Below are positions 13,175-26,329 of a stretch of DNA of 64,000 nt, one piece after another. This stretch comes from Octopus vulgaris (Eukaryota). The stretch covers positions 37,448,001 to 37,512,000 of the forward strand of contig OX597835.1 in the NCBI GenBank assembly GCA_951406725.2. Direction: 5' to 3'. Both the position numbers and the translations under genes were made by a program. Below the pieces are notes generated by a model that saw only the letters and a list, made by a program, of their open reading frames with translations, was not told the DNA's origin and made no database searches. Each line of letters starts with the position of its first letter. The stretch's first letter is position 1.

Positions 13175-13590
13175 ATGTGGTTTAATGGACAGGGTGTTGC
13201 ACTCATGATCCTAATATCGTGGTTTTGATTCCTGGACCGGGCGACGCATTGTGTTCTTGAGCAAAACACTTCATTTCACGTTGCTCCAGTCCACTCAGCT
13301 GGCGAAAATGAGTAATCATCTGATGGACCCCTGTCTCATCCAGGTGGGGAATATATAAGCCATGGAAACCGGGAAACCAGCTTCCGGGATGTCCATGATG
13401 CACATATATTCCCAGCCTGGACAGGACACCAGTCCATCACAGGGTTACTCATTTTTGCCAGCCGAGTGGACTGGAGCAACGTGAAATGAAGAGTTTTGCT
13501 CAAGAACACAATGTATTGCCTGGTCTGGGAATCGAACCCATGGTCTAGCAATCGTAAGTGCAATATTCTAACCACCAGGCTGCATGCCTT
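13175..13590. mobile_element. Two family V SINEs in inverted (tail-to-tail) orientation
   Basis: tttcacgttgctccagtccactc near 13274 and its reverse complement near 13464. Confidence 0.8.
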
Positions 13591-13604
13591 CACCTTATAT
13601 CTCT

Positions 13605-14255
13605 CTACAATATTCCTTTCTACTCTGGGCACGCCTGCACTAGGCACAAGGCCTAAAATTTTGGGGGAGGTGGCCAGTCAATTAGATCGACCCCAGTACA
13701 CAACTGGTACTTAATTTATCAACCCCGAAAGGATGAAAAGCAAAGTCGACTTCGACGGAATTTGAACTCGGAATGTAAAGACAGCTGAAATACTGCTAAG
13801 CATTTCACCCAGTGTGCCAACGTTTCTGCCAGCTTGCTGTCATTATATACAGAAATAGTCTTTTCTACTCTAGGCACAAGGCCTGAAATTTTGGAGTGGG
13901 GCAGTCAATTAGATCAACCCCAGTACACAACTGGTACTTAATCTGTCGACTCTAAAAAGATGAAAAGCAATATTGACCTCGGCGAAATTTGAGCTCAGAA
14001 GGTAAAGACAAATGAAACACCTATTTCTTTTACTACCCACAAGGGGCTAAACACAGAAGAAACAAACAAAGACAGACAAACGGATTAAGTCAATTGCATC
14101 AACCCCAGTGCGTAACTGGTACTTATTTAATCAACCCCGAAAGGATGAAAGGCAAAGTCGATCTCGGCGGAATTTGAACTCAGAACGTAGCGGCAGACGA
14201 AATACCGCTAAGCATTTCGCCTGGTGTGCTAACGTTTCTGCCAGCTCACTGCCTT
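13605..14255 (-). mobile_element. Cluster of family M SINEs
   Basis: Three reverse copies of gaaaggatgaaaggcaaagtcgac-type core. Confidence 0.85.
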
Positions 14256-15089
14256 TATATCTCTACAATATTATATGTGTTGATATCCATGTAGTATATC
14301 TCTGTATTATGTTGGAAATATATCAAATGAAGCTGTACAAAATATCCTTGTGACAACATTCTCTGGTTGTGTATTTTGGTGAAGGAAATTTGATGAAGAA
14401 AATTGTCTGAGAGAGAGATTATCTAAGACAATAATGGTTGGTGCCATATGATGCTTCAGTTCTTCAAAAATGGTTCTATTTGTATTTACATTTGTGTGTG
14501 TGTGTAAATGTGTGTCTTTTATGTTCTGTATGTGTTTGTATGCTTCTATTTACTCACACACAGCCAAAGTTTTGATATGACTAGTCCAATAGCGTATGTG
14601 TGTGTATGTATGCGTGCGTGTGTGTGTCTGCATTGTGCGTATGTGTGCGCATGTGTGTGCGTGCGTGTGTATATATGCATGTGTGTATGTGCGTGTGTGT
14701 ATATATGCATGTGTGTATGTGCACGTGTGTGTGTTTGTGTATATGTGTGTGTGCTTTTGTGTTTGTCGCCACCACCTGATGACCAGTGTTGGTCTGATTG
14801 TGTCCCCACAATTAACACTTTCGCAAAAGAGACCAATTGATATGACTGACCAGTCCAACAGTGTGTGCTCACTAGCTTCCTAGTGCAGGCGTGTAGCTTA
14901 GTGGTTAGAGTGTTGGACTCATGATCCTAATATCGTGGTTTCGATTCCTGGACTGGGTGATGTATTTTGTCCTTGAGCAAAACACACACACACACACACG
15001 TCTTCACAGCAAGAAACTATTAGTAACTCTTATTTAAATACCTTGTACATTAAATGATATATATATATATATGTGTGTGTGTGTGTATA

Positions 15090-15402
15090 TATCATGTGAT
15101 CACATGATCGACCAGGCTATCAGATGTTGCTACACATCGCTGGTCACAATGCGCTTCGCATTGTTTTAGCCTTCAAATGACGCCACCCCGCTGGCTAAGC
15201 GAGCAGGGCCAACAGAAGAAAGAGTGAAAGAAAGTTGTGGTGAAAGAGTACAGCAGAGATCTCCACCACCCCCTGCTGGAGCTTCGTGGAGCTTTAGGTG
15301 TTTTCGCTTAATAAACATTCATAACGCCCGGTCTGGGAATCAAAACTGCGATCCTACAACCGCGCGTCCTCTGCCCTAACCAATGGGCCATTGCGCCTCC
15401 AC
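15090..15402 (-). mobile_element. tRNA(Arg)-like SINE (family R)
   Basis: Head ggaggcgcaatggcccattggttagggcag; homologous to 26330-26690 and 41622-41910. Confidence 0.8.
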
Positions 15403-15656
15403 ATATATATATATATATCTCCTTTTGCTACAAATTTGTGGCTCTGCTCTAATGTAGAAAGCCATTAATTTATGAGCAAATGTAATCTATATATCTATAT
15501 TATATATCTTTATCAACATAATATGTGTTGATATTCACATGGTATATTGCTGTATTGTGTGGAAAATACATCAACTGCAAACAGATGAAGTGCCTTCGTG
15601 ACAAAGTTGTGTAGTTGTGTGTTTTGGTGAAGGAAATTTGATGAAGAAAATTGTCT

Positions 15657-15697
<41 letters not shown>

Positions 15698-16036
15698 GTT
15701 ATCTTAGACAATAATGGTTGGTGTCATACGATATCTCCCGTTCTTAGAAAATGGTTCTGTTTGTGTTTATACTTGTGTTCATGTGTGTACGTGTTTCCTC
15801 TGTGTGTGTGTACTTATTTGTATTTATGTGTGTGGATGTGTGTGTGTATTTGTGTGTTTATGCATGTGTGTGTGTGTGGGTGTACTTATTTGTGTGTTTA
15901 TGTATGTGTGTGTGTGTATGTGCATTTGTGTACTTATTTGTGTTTATATGTGTGTGTGTGCGTGTGTGTATTTATGCATGTGTGTGTGTGTACTGATTTG
16001 TGTGTTTATGTGTACTTATTTGTATGTTTATGTATG

Positions 16037-16070
<34 letters not shown>

Positions 16071-16449
16071 CATTTGTGTACTTATTTGTATTTATGTGTG
16101 TGTGTATTAGTGTGTTTATGCATGTGTGTGTGTGTGCTTGTTTGTCAGAGTACATATGTCTGTATATATATATATATATATGTGCGTGTGTCTGTGTGTC
16201 CTTCCATTTACTCTTTACAATAACAATCTCGGTAAAAGTCATGATATGACTGACCAGTCTGGTGATTATGATGGAGCAAGGTGGTGGGAGATGGTCACCC
16301 ATTTCCTGTTGACTTTGCAGTTTTTTTATTATCTTATACTTCCTCATCCTCTTCATCACCATCCTCTCACTAACTCCATCTGTCCGTCTGTCTGTCTGTC
16401 TGTGTCTCTGCCTTTATCACGCCTGTTCTTTCTTCCTTTCAAACTAAAT

Positions 16450-16845
16450 CTTCATTCTTCATCTTCATTTTCATTCTTCTTCTTCATCTTCACCATTCTT
16501 TATCATTCTTCTTCATCTTCATCCTTCATTCTTCTTCATCATCATTCTTCATCTTCATTCTTCTTCATAATTCTTCATCTTCTTCATCATCATCCTTCTT
16601 CATCTTCATAATTCTTCTTCATCATCATTCTTCTTCTTCTTCATCATTCTTCTTCTTCTTCATAATTCTTCTTCTTCATCTTCATTCTTCTTCTTCACCA
16701 TTCTTCTTCATCTGCATTCTTCTTCTTCATCCTTCATCTTCATTCTTCTTCATCTTCATTCTTCTTCTTCACCATTCTTCTTCATTCACCTCCTCCTCCT
16801 CCTTCTTCATCATCTTTCTTCTTCTTCTTCATTCTCCTCCTCCTC
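16450..16845. repeat. (TTC)/(ATC) trinucleotide repeat tract
   Basis: Directly visible. Confidence 0.9.
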
Positions 16846-17322
16846 TCTCGGTCTGTCTGTCTGTCTGTCCATCTCTCTCCATTAAAAGGCAAGATCCTCT
16901 TTTTGTAAGATGGTTTGAAACTCTAGCACCGAGATTCATGTGTGTATGTACATATGTCTGTGTAGTTGGTTGTCTGTTTGTGTGTGTTTGTGCATATGGG
17001 AGTGCATGTGTGTGTGTGTGATTGTAAATGTGTGTGTGTGTGTGTATGGTAGTGCATGTGTTTGTATGTTTCAGTATCAAATTCCCTCCAAGTCCATCAG
17101 GATTTCATTTCAGATAATTAATGAAGTGTGTGGTATCACTTGTATTGTACGCATTCACACACATACACACACACGCATGTACACACACACACACACACAC
17201 ATGCACTTATCGGGACATACAAATGCAGGCACACACATACACATATGCACACACAAACAAATGCACTTACAGAGACACATGTGCAGGAACTCACACATAC
17301 ACACACAAGGACACATGTGAAG

Positions 17323-17353
<31 letters not shown>

Positions 17354-17719
17354 GAAGGACATACAAATGTCAGCACATACACATGCACAAACATGTAATC
17401 ATACATACACGCATACACAACCTAACACACACACAAGCAACAAAAACACAAACATGGGCACACTTATACAGACATACACTTAGGAACATGCTATTACACA
17501 AACTATCTAAAACACACACACACAAACATTTACACATTCTTACTTGCTTATATACACATACACTTATGCACACACATACACATACACTTACATCCACGAA
17601 CATACTTGCACACAAACTAACACACACATAGAGAAATATGAAATATATCTTCATGCTTTTCTCCCTGCACACACATACAAACATGTACACATCGTATATG
17701 GGTGTTTGTGTGCGTATCT

Positions 17720-18122
17720 GGGAGAAACGTTAGTACGCCGGGCGAAATGCCTTGCAGTATTTCGTCTGCCGTTACGTTCTGAGTTCAAATTCCGCCGAGG
17801 TCGACTTTGCTTTTCATCCTTTCGAGGCCGATAAATTAAATACCAGTTACGCACTGGGGTCGATGTAATCGACTTAATCCATTTGTCTGTCCTTGTTTGT
17901 CCTTTCTGTGTGTAGCCTCTTGTGGGTAGTAAAGAAATAGGTATTTCGTCTGCCATTACGTTCTGAGTTCAAATTCCGCCGAGGTCGACTTTGCCTTTCA
18001 TCCTTCCGGGGTCGATAAATTAAGTACCAGTTACGCACTGGAGTCGACGTAATCGACTTAATCCCTTTGCCTGTCCTTGTTTGTCCCTTCTGTGTTTAGC
18101 CCCTTGTGGGTAATAAAGAAAT
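17720..18122 (+). mobile_element. Family M SINE dimer
   Basis: Near-consensus head and two bodies. Confidence 0.85.
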
Positions 18123-18329
18123 ATATATGTATATGTGTAATGCATGAGTGCATGTGTATCACTGTTTGTGTGTGAGTATGTGTGATTGTCTGCACATGTG
18201 TATCCCTGTAAGTGCATATATGTGTGTGAGTATGTGTGTGTATGCATGTGTGGCTGCATTTTCTCATTTTTCTCTCTCCCTCCACTTATTTCTCATTTAT
18301 TTGTATTCACACATTTTTCTTTCTCTCTA

Positions 18330-18800
18330 TTGGGTTGGCCACAAAGTTTGTTGGCATTTGTAAGGGAAAATAAGACAAGTTTTAAACACAAAGCTATTTA
18401 TTCTATCAATGATGTAATTGCCGTTTCATTCCAGTATCTTCTGCCATCTTGCAGGCATATCCATTATGCTCTGCTCAAAGAATTTCCTGTCTTCACTGGT
18501 GAAGAACTCTTCCAGGTGAATTTCTATGTCCTCGTCAGAGATGAAGGTCGGTCTATTCAAAGAATTTTGAAGAGATAATGCCCTCATAATGTAAGACAAT
18601 GCTGTTATGATAAACAAGTGCAGGGCATATCTGGTGGATTGCTGCAATTAATTTGTCCAGTTGGTCATCATAATACACATCTAAATCGATTGTCCAGTTC
18701 ATTAGAAGAAGTATGTAAAAGACAACACCCTTCCAAACCAACTATACCGAAAGCGTAACCATCGTTGGGTGAAGTTCTGCTTTGGAGGTTGTTTGTGGTT
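18330..18800 (-). mobile_element. Mariner transposon 3' remnant
   Basis: SLQNSLN...EFFTSEDRKFFEQSIMDMPARWQKILE and VWKGVVFY motifs; TIR-like ttgggttggccacaaagt. Confidence 0.8.
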
Positions 18801-19255
18801 TGCCATACTTAACTCATAATTGTGTGTGCTTTTCATTGTTATAAATGCAATGTTATTTCCAGTTCAAATACGTTTGTGGCATGTTTGAATCTGTAAGCAA
18901 GCCATTCGTTGTTTTGTGATGGAGAAAATTTCTTGCTGTAGACATAAATACACCTAAATCAGCTTGCAGCGCCACCTATCCAGACTGTGAGATGCAAGCA
19001 TTTTGGAGTGGTTATCTCCTCTTCAGTCACAGAAACTGGACAGGGGGCACTGCAAGCTGACAAGGGAGATGGTCTCTCTTATGATATTGCAGTCATCGTA
19101 CGATGACTGGTAGTGCTAATTGGTGGCTCACCATAAATGAATTACGAGACGGGAGTGCTAAGCAGTCATGTGTAGAAATACAATCTTGTTACCAGTTTGA
19201 ATATGCCAGTGGCGAGTTCGCATTCGTAAACAAGCCATTTACTGTGTTGTGTTCT

Positions 19256-19750
19256 GTCATCATCATCATCATCATCGTTTAACCTCCACTTTCCATGCTA
19301 GCATGGGTTGGACAAATGACTGAGGGCTGGTGCACCAGGCTCCAATCTTGATCTGGCAGAGTTTCTACAGCTGGATGCCCTTCCTAATGCCAACCACTCC
19401 GTGAGTGTAGTGGGTGCTTTTTAGATGCCACTGGCACGGGGCCAGTCAGGCGGTACTAGCAAAAACCTCGCTTGAATCTTTTGCACATGCCACCGGCACA
19501 GGTGCCAGTAAGGCGATGCTGGTAATGATCACGCTCGAATGGTGTCTTTTACGTGCCACCGGCAGAGAGGCCAGATAGCTGCTCTTAATACCCTACTAGC
19601 ATGAGGCTCGAGTGCCAGTAAGGCGACACTGGTAACAATCACGCTCGAATGGTGCCTTTTAAGTGCCACTGGCACTGAAGCTGGTTAGCCGCTCTGTCAA
19701 TGATCACACTCGTATGGTGCTCTTTGCACCTTGCTAGCAGATGCCAGTCA
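19256..19750 (-). mobile_element. RTE LINE 3' UTR-derived copy
   Basis: (CAT)n tail and conserved ctggatgcccttcct block with internal repeats. Confidence 0.85.
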
Positions 19751-19979
19751 TCGAGAAAATTTCTCACTGTAGACAAATGATGTAAATACACCTAAATCAG
19801 CTTGCAGTACCAGACAATGAGATGCAAGCATTTGAGATTGGTTAACTCCCCTTCAGACTCAGAATATTTTTTTATTCCCTGTCATCATTCTCTTCAAGAA
19901 ATGCCATTTTCTTAATATTTCTGCAATGAATTCCAGATAGGAATGTGTCAGGTAAGGTTAGCTTCGTTCAATTGATGTG

Positions 19980-20200
19980 GGTGTCATCTTCTTCTTACAG
20001 CAATCGCCCGGGGTGGGTTGAGCTGGCTTCATTCATCCTCAATGCTGCATCTCCCATAAACGCCGACCAGGCCTGGCGATTTGAGGCTAATGACCGCGTG
20101 ATCGCCAACCACTACTTATTCCAGCGGCGAATGCCATAGATATGGGGGCCTAGGTTGGGTTCCAGATCAGCCAGGTTTTTCGTTGATGGGTGTAATGGAG
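19980..20200 (-). mobile_element. 3' end of another RTE-like LINE
   Basis: Manual translation LGPHIYGIRRWNK*WLAITRSLASNRQAWSAF followed by (GAA)n-like tail. Confidence 0.55.
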
Positions 20201-20254
20201 AGATGTGTGTGTACATGGAGGGTTACTAGATGTAATGTACGAATACAAGGTTCT

Positions 20255-20372
20255 CACGTCGGAGGTGCCAATTGTATCACACAGATGAAAAGTTACTTAA
20301 TGTACAAATAATGAAACAGTGTAACAAGATCAAAGGGGAAAGGAATAATATTCACAATATTTATTTGCCAGC
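20255..20372 (-). mobile_element. Possible LTR end with primer-binding site
   Basis: Minus strand ...TACA-AT-TGGCACCTCCGACGTGA resembles a tRNA-Trp PBS (TGGTGACCCCGACGTGA). Confidence 0.35.
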
Positions 20373-20375
20373 AGT

Positions 20376-20625
20376 CATCATCATTATCATCGTTTAACGT
20401 CTGCTTTCCATGCTAGCATGGGTTGGATGGTTTGACTGTGGGCTGGCAAACCAGATGGCTTCACCAGGCACCAGTCTTGATCTGGCAAAGTTTCTACAGC
20501 TGGATGCCCTTCCTAACGCCAACCACTCCAAGAGTGTAGTGGGTGCTTTTATGCACCACTGGCACGGGGGCCGCTCAGGCGGTACTGGCAACAACCTCAC
20601 TCGAATCTTTTTACACATGCCAACG
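20376..20625 (-). mobile_element. RTE LINE 3' UTR-derived copy
   Basis: Same conserved 3' block. Confidence 0.85.
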
Positions 20626-21249
20626 TCACGATTAGTAAAATATACAGAATAATAATTGGTAATAGTAATGAAGAATTGGTGGCTTGTATGTTCTGCTGAC
20701 AGAGAGGAAGAACAGGTAAGGATTACATTGTCCCTTACCATTCAGCTGATTCTATAGTTCCTGGTTAACGACGAACACAAATAGAGATGGGTGCCCTCTA
20801 TTAGCTGGTTGAACCAAAGAGGGTGAGAAGACAGAAATGCTGTCAGTTATAAAGGGTATGGCCAGGAAGTAGGTCAAACCTAAAACAAAAGACTGGCCCT
20901 TCAGTGACCAGCAAAGGTCCTAGGCAGTCAGGTGATTCTCATTAACCCTTTAGCATTTAAACCGGCCATACCCGGCCAAAAGTATTCTGATTGTTTTATG
21001 TTCAAACTGGCCATATCTGGTCTCTCTGACACCAACCCTACAATATCATCTTAAAAATTAACAGCCACCTCATCAAAATCTCATAACTACAAGATAATGC
21101 CTGATTAGTTCAAAACAATGTGGATGAAAAAGCATTAGTTTTGGCAGAATAATATTAACACTAAAGGGTTAATCTCCCATCATGGAGTTAAAACACCATG
21201 TAATCTGACATTCATCTGACCAGTGTGTGGATTCGATTTTGAATCTCAG

Positions 21250-21720
21250 TTAGGCAGAGCTGAGCAATCTCTCCCACATGGGACTCAAACATGAAGCATA
21301 CTGATGTAAACAATTTTTTTGCAAGTTATTTTCAACACTCATATCCACAATCATCTTGGTCTTATACCAGAGGAAGGTCTTGATTAACTCCTTTATTTTG
21401 CCAGTGTTAACCTCGGTTGGTTGGTCAGAGTGAAATGCATCTTGAATGGAAACATCTCCTGATTGAAATCTTGTAAACCACTTCTGCCACACGTGTTCTT
21501 TCCATACACATCACATATCTTCCTGCAAGTTCCCAATGCTTTATTGCTTTTTTTGAAAATAAAAAAGCTTGATATGTCAATAACATTCGTATTGGTTTTC
21601 CATTTTCAAGACGATCCCAAACATACAAAATACAACCTGTCTCATTGCAAGTATGCAATGTGTATATGTGTGTGCAAAGGAAAAAAGCAAACAAAAAAAC
21701 TATCTATTCATCCAACACCC
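21250..21720 (-). mobile_element. Degenerate mariner 5' remnant
   Basis: QKWFTRFQSGDVSIQDAFHSDQPTEVN matches the mariner HTH/GRP region. Confidence 0.7.
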
Positions 21721-21829
21721 ATCCACGTATCCTGAACCCAGAATTATGTGGTTTGTAAAGTAAGCTTCTTACTACACAGGCATGCCTTGCACACACACAT
21801 ATAAATGTGTGTGTGTATGTATATATATA

Positions 21830-22006
21830 TATAATCAAAATAAGCAACAAGAATAACTTTGGTGATTTGGTACGATTGTTTCACACTGCATCATTTTATT
21901 AAATGTTGTAAATTTTATTAAATGTTATTAAATTTAATAAAATGATGCAGCGTGAAATGATCGTACCAAATTATCGAAGTTATTCTTGTTGCTTATTTTG
22001 ATTATA
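21830..22006. repeat. Fold-back palindrome next to (TA)n
   Basis: ataatcaaaataagcaacaagaataactt ... aagttattcttgttgcttattttgattat; arms about 75 bp. Confidence 0.9.
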
Positions 22007-22100
22007 ATCTCCCCATGGATTTATATGGATAACACCATACAAAATACTGGTGTATCTAACTTAAGTACCATATTCATTTGAATCTAAATTTTACTGAACT

Positions 22101-22131
<31 letters not shown>

Positions 22132-22439
22132 GTTTATGTGTGTGTCTGTGTTTGTTACCTGCCCTCACTGTTTGACAACAAATATGGGTTTGTTCGTGTC
22201 TCCCTGTAACTTAGCAGTTTGGCAAAAGTGACCGATAATATAAGTACCAGATCAAAAACAAAAAAAAAGCCCACACTGATAAGCGCTTGGGCCAATTTGT
22301 TCAGCTAAAGCACTTCATGACAATGCTCAAGCATGGCTGCAGTCCAATGACTGAAACAAGCAAAAGAAACATCGAAATATGAATGACCAACAGTACATCA
22401 AAACATAATTGGTTGCCAGTGCAGAATCTCTTTTGGAAG

Positions 22440-22702
22440 ATGTCTGAAATGCGATTTGCAGTTCTATTAATTTCCAATCCTCCGTCGCAGCTTACAATCC
22501 CCATAGCTACTTCAAATAATACCAGGACACTGAATTTAAGCCATAAAGAATGGCCATAAAATAGCAAAGATTTGTTAACTAGGACAATAACATTAATGCC
22601 TTTGTCACTAATTGGAATAAAACCTCTATAGAATTCTAAATCTTTCGGAAGAATGGATTTGGTTATATCCAGGTAGAAGTCTTTTATGTCATCGATCTGC
22701 AT
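22440..22702 (-). pseudogene. Penelope-like (Naiad/Chlamys-type) reverse transcriptase fragment
   Basis: DIKDFY...ISDKGINVIVLVNKSLLFYGHSLWLK...FEVAMG..SCDG resembles FDIKDFYPSI/KSLLF/W.K/FDV.MGS.DG. Confidence 0.75.
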
Positions 22703-23164
22703 GCATATATTCTCAAAGGTGCTTATTATCTAGATTACCGGCGCAATTGATGATAGATACACCATAATTCCACAACAGAAAAGAAGCGATATGTTTTAAT
22801 GCTAACAATGATGAATATAAACCGTTTTTACGGATTCTAACCATTTCCCTTTTGGTTGGATTTATTCATCTGCATTTAGAATTGGCAAGAAAATTATCTT
22901 TACAGTCTTTAAATGGTCGCAATAATGCCAAAGATTCTACACTAGCAGACATTTTTAGGTTCATAGTTCTTTCTTTTGGTTGTAAATTATTAGCACCACA
23001 TTTAGTAGCAGAGTTAGTTTTCTCTGAAGTATTAGTGACATTATTGGAAAAGTGTCTGCATTATGAACGGTTATTAGTTTCCAATGTGTTCTTGGACTTG
23101 TTTGAAGAAACACAGATGCGATTGGAAGAATTTTTGAAAAATATTTAAAAATATGTTGTATTTT

Positions 23165-23550
23165 ATCTTTTACTTGTTTTGGTCATTAGACTATGGTCAT
23201 GCTGGGGCACCACCTTGAAGGGTTTTAGTTGAACGAATCAACTCTGATGTTTGTTTTTAAGTTTGATACTTATTCTATTGTCACTATTGCTGAACTGCTA
23301 AGTTACAGGGATGCAAACAAACCAACAATGGTTGTCAAGTGGTGGAGAGGAACAAACACAGACATTAAGACACAAATGCACACACATGCATGCACCTTTA
23401 CCATGGGATCCACAGTTTTCATCTACCAAATACATTCACAAGGCATTGGTCATTCTGGAGCTACAGCAGAAGACATTTGCCCAAGGTAATGCCCAGTGGG
23501 ACTGAACCAGAAACCACATGGTTGCAAAGCAAGCTTCTTAACCACATAGC
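23165..23550 (-). mobile_element. tRNA-derived CORE-like SINE (family C)
   Basis: Reverse of gtggctgtgtggt...ggttcagtcccactg...ccttgggcaagtg. Confidence 0.8.
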
Positions 23551-23569
23551 CATGCCTGCACTGAAAACA

Positions 23570-23962
23570 TAGGTGCAGACGTGGCTGTGTGGCAAGAAGC
23601 ATGCTTCCCAACCACATGGGTCTGGGTTCAGTCCCACTGCATGGCACCTTGGGCAAGTGTCTTCTACTATAGCCTCAGGCCAACCAAAGCCTTATGAGTA
23701 GAATTCTTAGACAGAAACCAAAAGAAGTCCACCGAATATATATGTGTGTATGTATTTGTGTGTCTGTGTTTGTCCCCACCACCATCACTTGACAACCGAT
23801 GTTGGTGTGTTTACACCCCTGTAAATTAGCGGTTCGGCAAAAGTGACCGACAGAATAAGTACAAGGCTTATGAAGAATAAGTCCCAGGGTCGATTTGTTT
23901 GAATAAAAGTGATGCCCCAGCATGGCTGCAGTCAAATGACTGAAACAAATAAAAGAATAAAA
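23570..23962 (+). mobile_element. Family C SINE
   Basis: Head, CORE-like ggcaccttgggcaagtgtctt, tail gtcaaatgactgaaac. Confidence 0.85.
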
Positions 23963-24364
23963 GTTGTGGGTTTATTTATTATTATTTTTATGTTTTAGAA
24001 AATTATAAATTTTTACCATATGAAGAAATCCAGCCTCAAGAAGGTGCCAGTAGTTTTTCAAGAGACATAGGCACTGACAAAACCTCATCCAACATTAGTT
24101 TTGTAGTATCATCATCATCATCATCGTCTAACATCCACCTTCCATACTGACATGTGTCAGTCAGTTTTTCAGGAGCCAGGCAGGCAGGAGCATGCACCAC
24201 ACTACTTTGTTTGTTATGGCAGGGTTTTTATGGTTGGATGTCCATCCTAACACTACCCACTGATTTTATTACAGTGTTTCATATCTGAGACATCAGATGT
24301 AAACAAAGAATGGATACGAAACATAATAACAAAATCAGAGCTGGTTATGATTTCTATAGAAAAT

Positions 24365-24772
24365 CTGTAGAGATGGCCTTAAAATGCATAATTCTGTTGA
24401 GGGTGACTTTAACTTTCATCCTTTTGGGGTTGATAAAATAAATACCAGTTGCACACTGGGATTGATTTAATTGATTTGGCCCCAGCCCAAAAATGCTGGT
24501 CTTGTGCCACAATTTGAAACCAGTATTTAAAGCATTCTTAAGGCAGTGAGCTGGCAGAATCGTTAGCACGCCGGGCGAAATGTGTAGTCGTATTTCGTCT
24601 GCCGTTACGTTCTGAGTTCAAATTCCGCTGAGGTCGACTTTGCCTTTCATCCTTTCAGGGTCAATTAAATAAGTACCAGTTACGCACTGGTGTCAATATA
24701 ATTGACTTAATCCGCTTCTCTTTCCTTGTTTGTCCTCTCTGTGTTTAGCCCTGTGTGGGTAGTAAAGAAATA
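24365..24772. mobile_element. Family M SINE copies in opposite orientations
   Basis: Forward copy 24541-24772; diverged partial copies nearby. Confidence 0.7.
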
Positions 24773-25131
24773 CAATAGTTAACATGTAGAGCAAAATGAC
24801 TAGTGGCTTCTTCGTCTGTTCTTATGTTCTGCACCCAATGTCACCAAGGTTGACTTTGCCTTTCATTTTTCCAGGGTCAATAAAATAAAAACCCATTCAG
24901 CCCTAAGATCAATACAGTCAGCTTACCTCAGGGTAATTCTTTGAGACATTTTGGTGCAGAAACCATGCATAGAGTACATGTGTGGTTGTGTGGTAGGAAG
25001 ATTGCTTCCCAACCACATGGTTCCAGGTTCAGTCCCACTGTGTGGTACCTTGGGCAAGTGTCTTCTACTATAGCCTCAGGCCAACCAAAGCCTCATGAGT
25101 GTAGGTGATAGATAAAAACTGTGAAAAGCCC

Positions 25132-25580
25132 ATCATCATTGTTTAACGTCCGCTTCCCATGCTAGCATGGTTTGGACAATTTGACTGAGGTCTGGCGAAC
25201 CAGATGGCTGCCCCAGACGCCAATCTGATCTAGCAGAGTTTCCAGAGCTGGATGCCCTTCCTAACACCAACCACTCTGAGAGTGTATTGGATGCTTTTAC
25301 GTGCCACTGGCACGAGGGCCAGTCAGGCGGTACTGGCAACGGCCATGCTCAAATGGTGCTTTCTATGTGCCACCTGCACAGGAGTCAATCCAGTGGCACT
25401 GGTAACGACCTCGCTCAAATGTTTTTTCACTTGCCACCAGCACAAGTGCCAGTAAGGCGACGTAGGTAACGATCAGGGTCGAAAGGTCATTTTTATGTGC
25501 CACCGGCATGGAGGGCAGCCTGTTGCTGTGGCAACGATCATACTCATATGGTACTCTTAGCACTCCACTACCATGGATGC
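25132..25580 (-). mobile_element. RTE LINE 3' UTR-derived copy
   Basis: Conserved 3' block plus internal repeats. Confidence 0.85.
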
Positions 25581-25589
25581 CATGTATAT

Positions 25590-25980
25590 TCTTTTACTTG
25601 TTTCAGTCATTTGACTGTGGCCATGCTAGAGCACCACCTTAAAGTTGAATAAATCGACTCAGGACTTATTCTTTGTAAACCTAGGACTCATTCTATCAGT
25701 CTCTTTTGCTGGACCACTAAGTTACAGGGACGAAAGCACACTAACTTTGGTTGTCAAATGATGGCAGGGGTGAACAAATACATACACAAAGACACACACA
25801 CATAAATACATACACATAGATATATATTCAACAGGCTTCTTTCAGTTTCCGTCTACCAAATCCATTCACAAGGCTTTGGTTGGCCTAAAGCTGTAATAGA
25901 AGACACTTGCCCAAGGTGCCAAGCAGTGGGACTGAACCCAGACCCGTGAGGTTGGGAAGCAAGCTTCCTACTACAGAGCC
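25590..25980 (-). mobile_element. Family C SINE
   Basis: Full-length reverse copy. Confidence 0.85.
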
Positions 25981-26329
25981 TCATCTGGTCCCCACCTTTG
26001 TTTGACAACTAGTGTTGATGCATTCATGTCCCTATAACTTAGCAGTTTGGCAAAAGAGGCCAATAGAATAAGTGCCAGGTTTAGCCAAAAAATTAAGTCC
26101 TGGTGTTGATTCATTCGACTAAAACTTCTTCAAGGTGCTGCCTCAGCATGGCCCCAGGATAATGACTGAAACCAATAAAAGATAAAAGATCTTATATATT
26201 ACCAAATCATCATTATCATCATCACCACCACCACCACCATCATCAGGTTCCCTTAATTAGTGCATGCAGTCACCGGGTTGCCACTCAAGTCTCTTTTGTA
26301 GTCAGCTGTTGCTGCTTGTTTGTTTGTTT

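Noticed and set aside
22852-23148. 98-aa ORF near the PLE RT fragment
   Set aside because: No recognisable motif; non-ATG start; probably decayed element sequence
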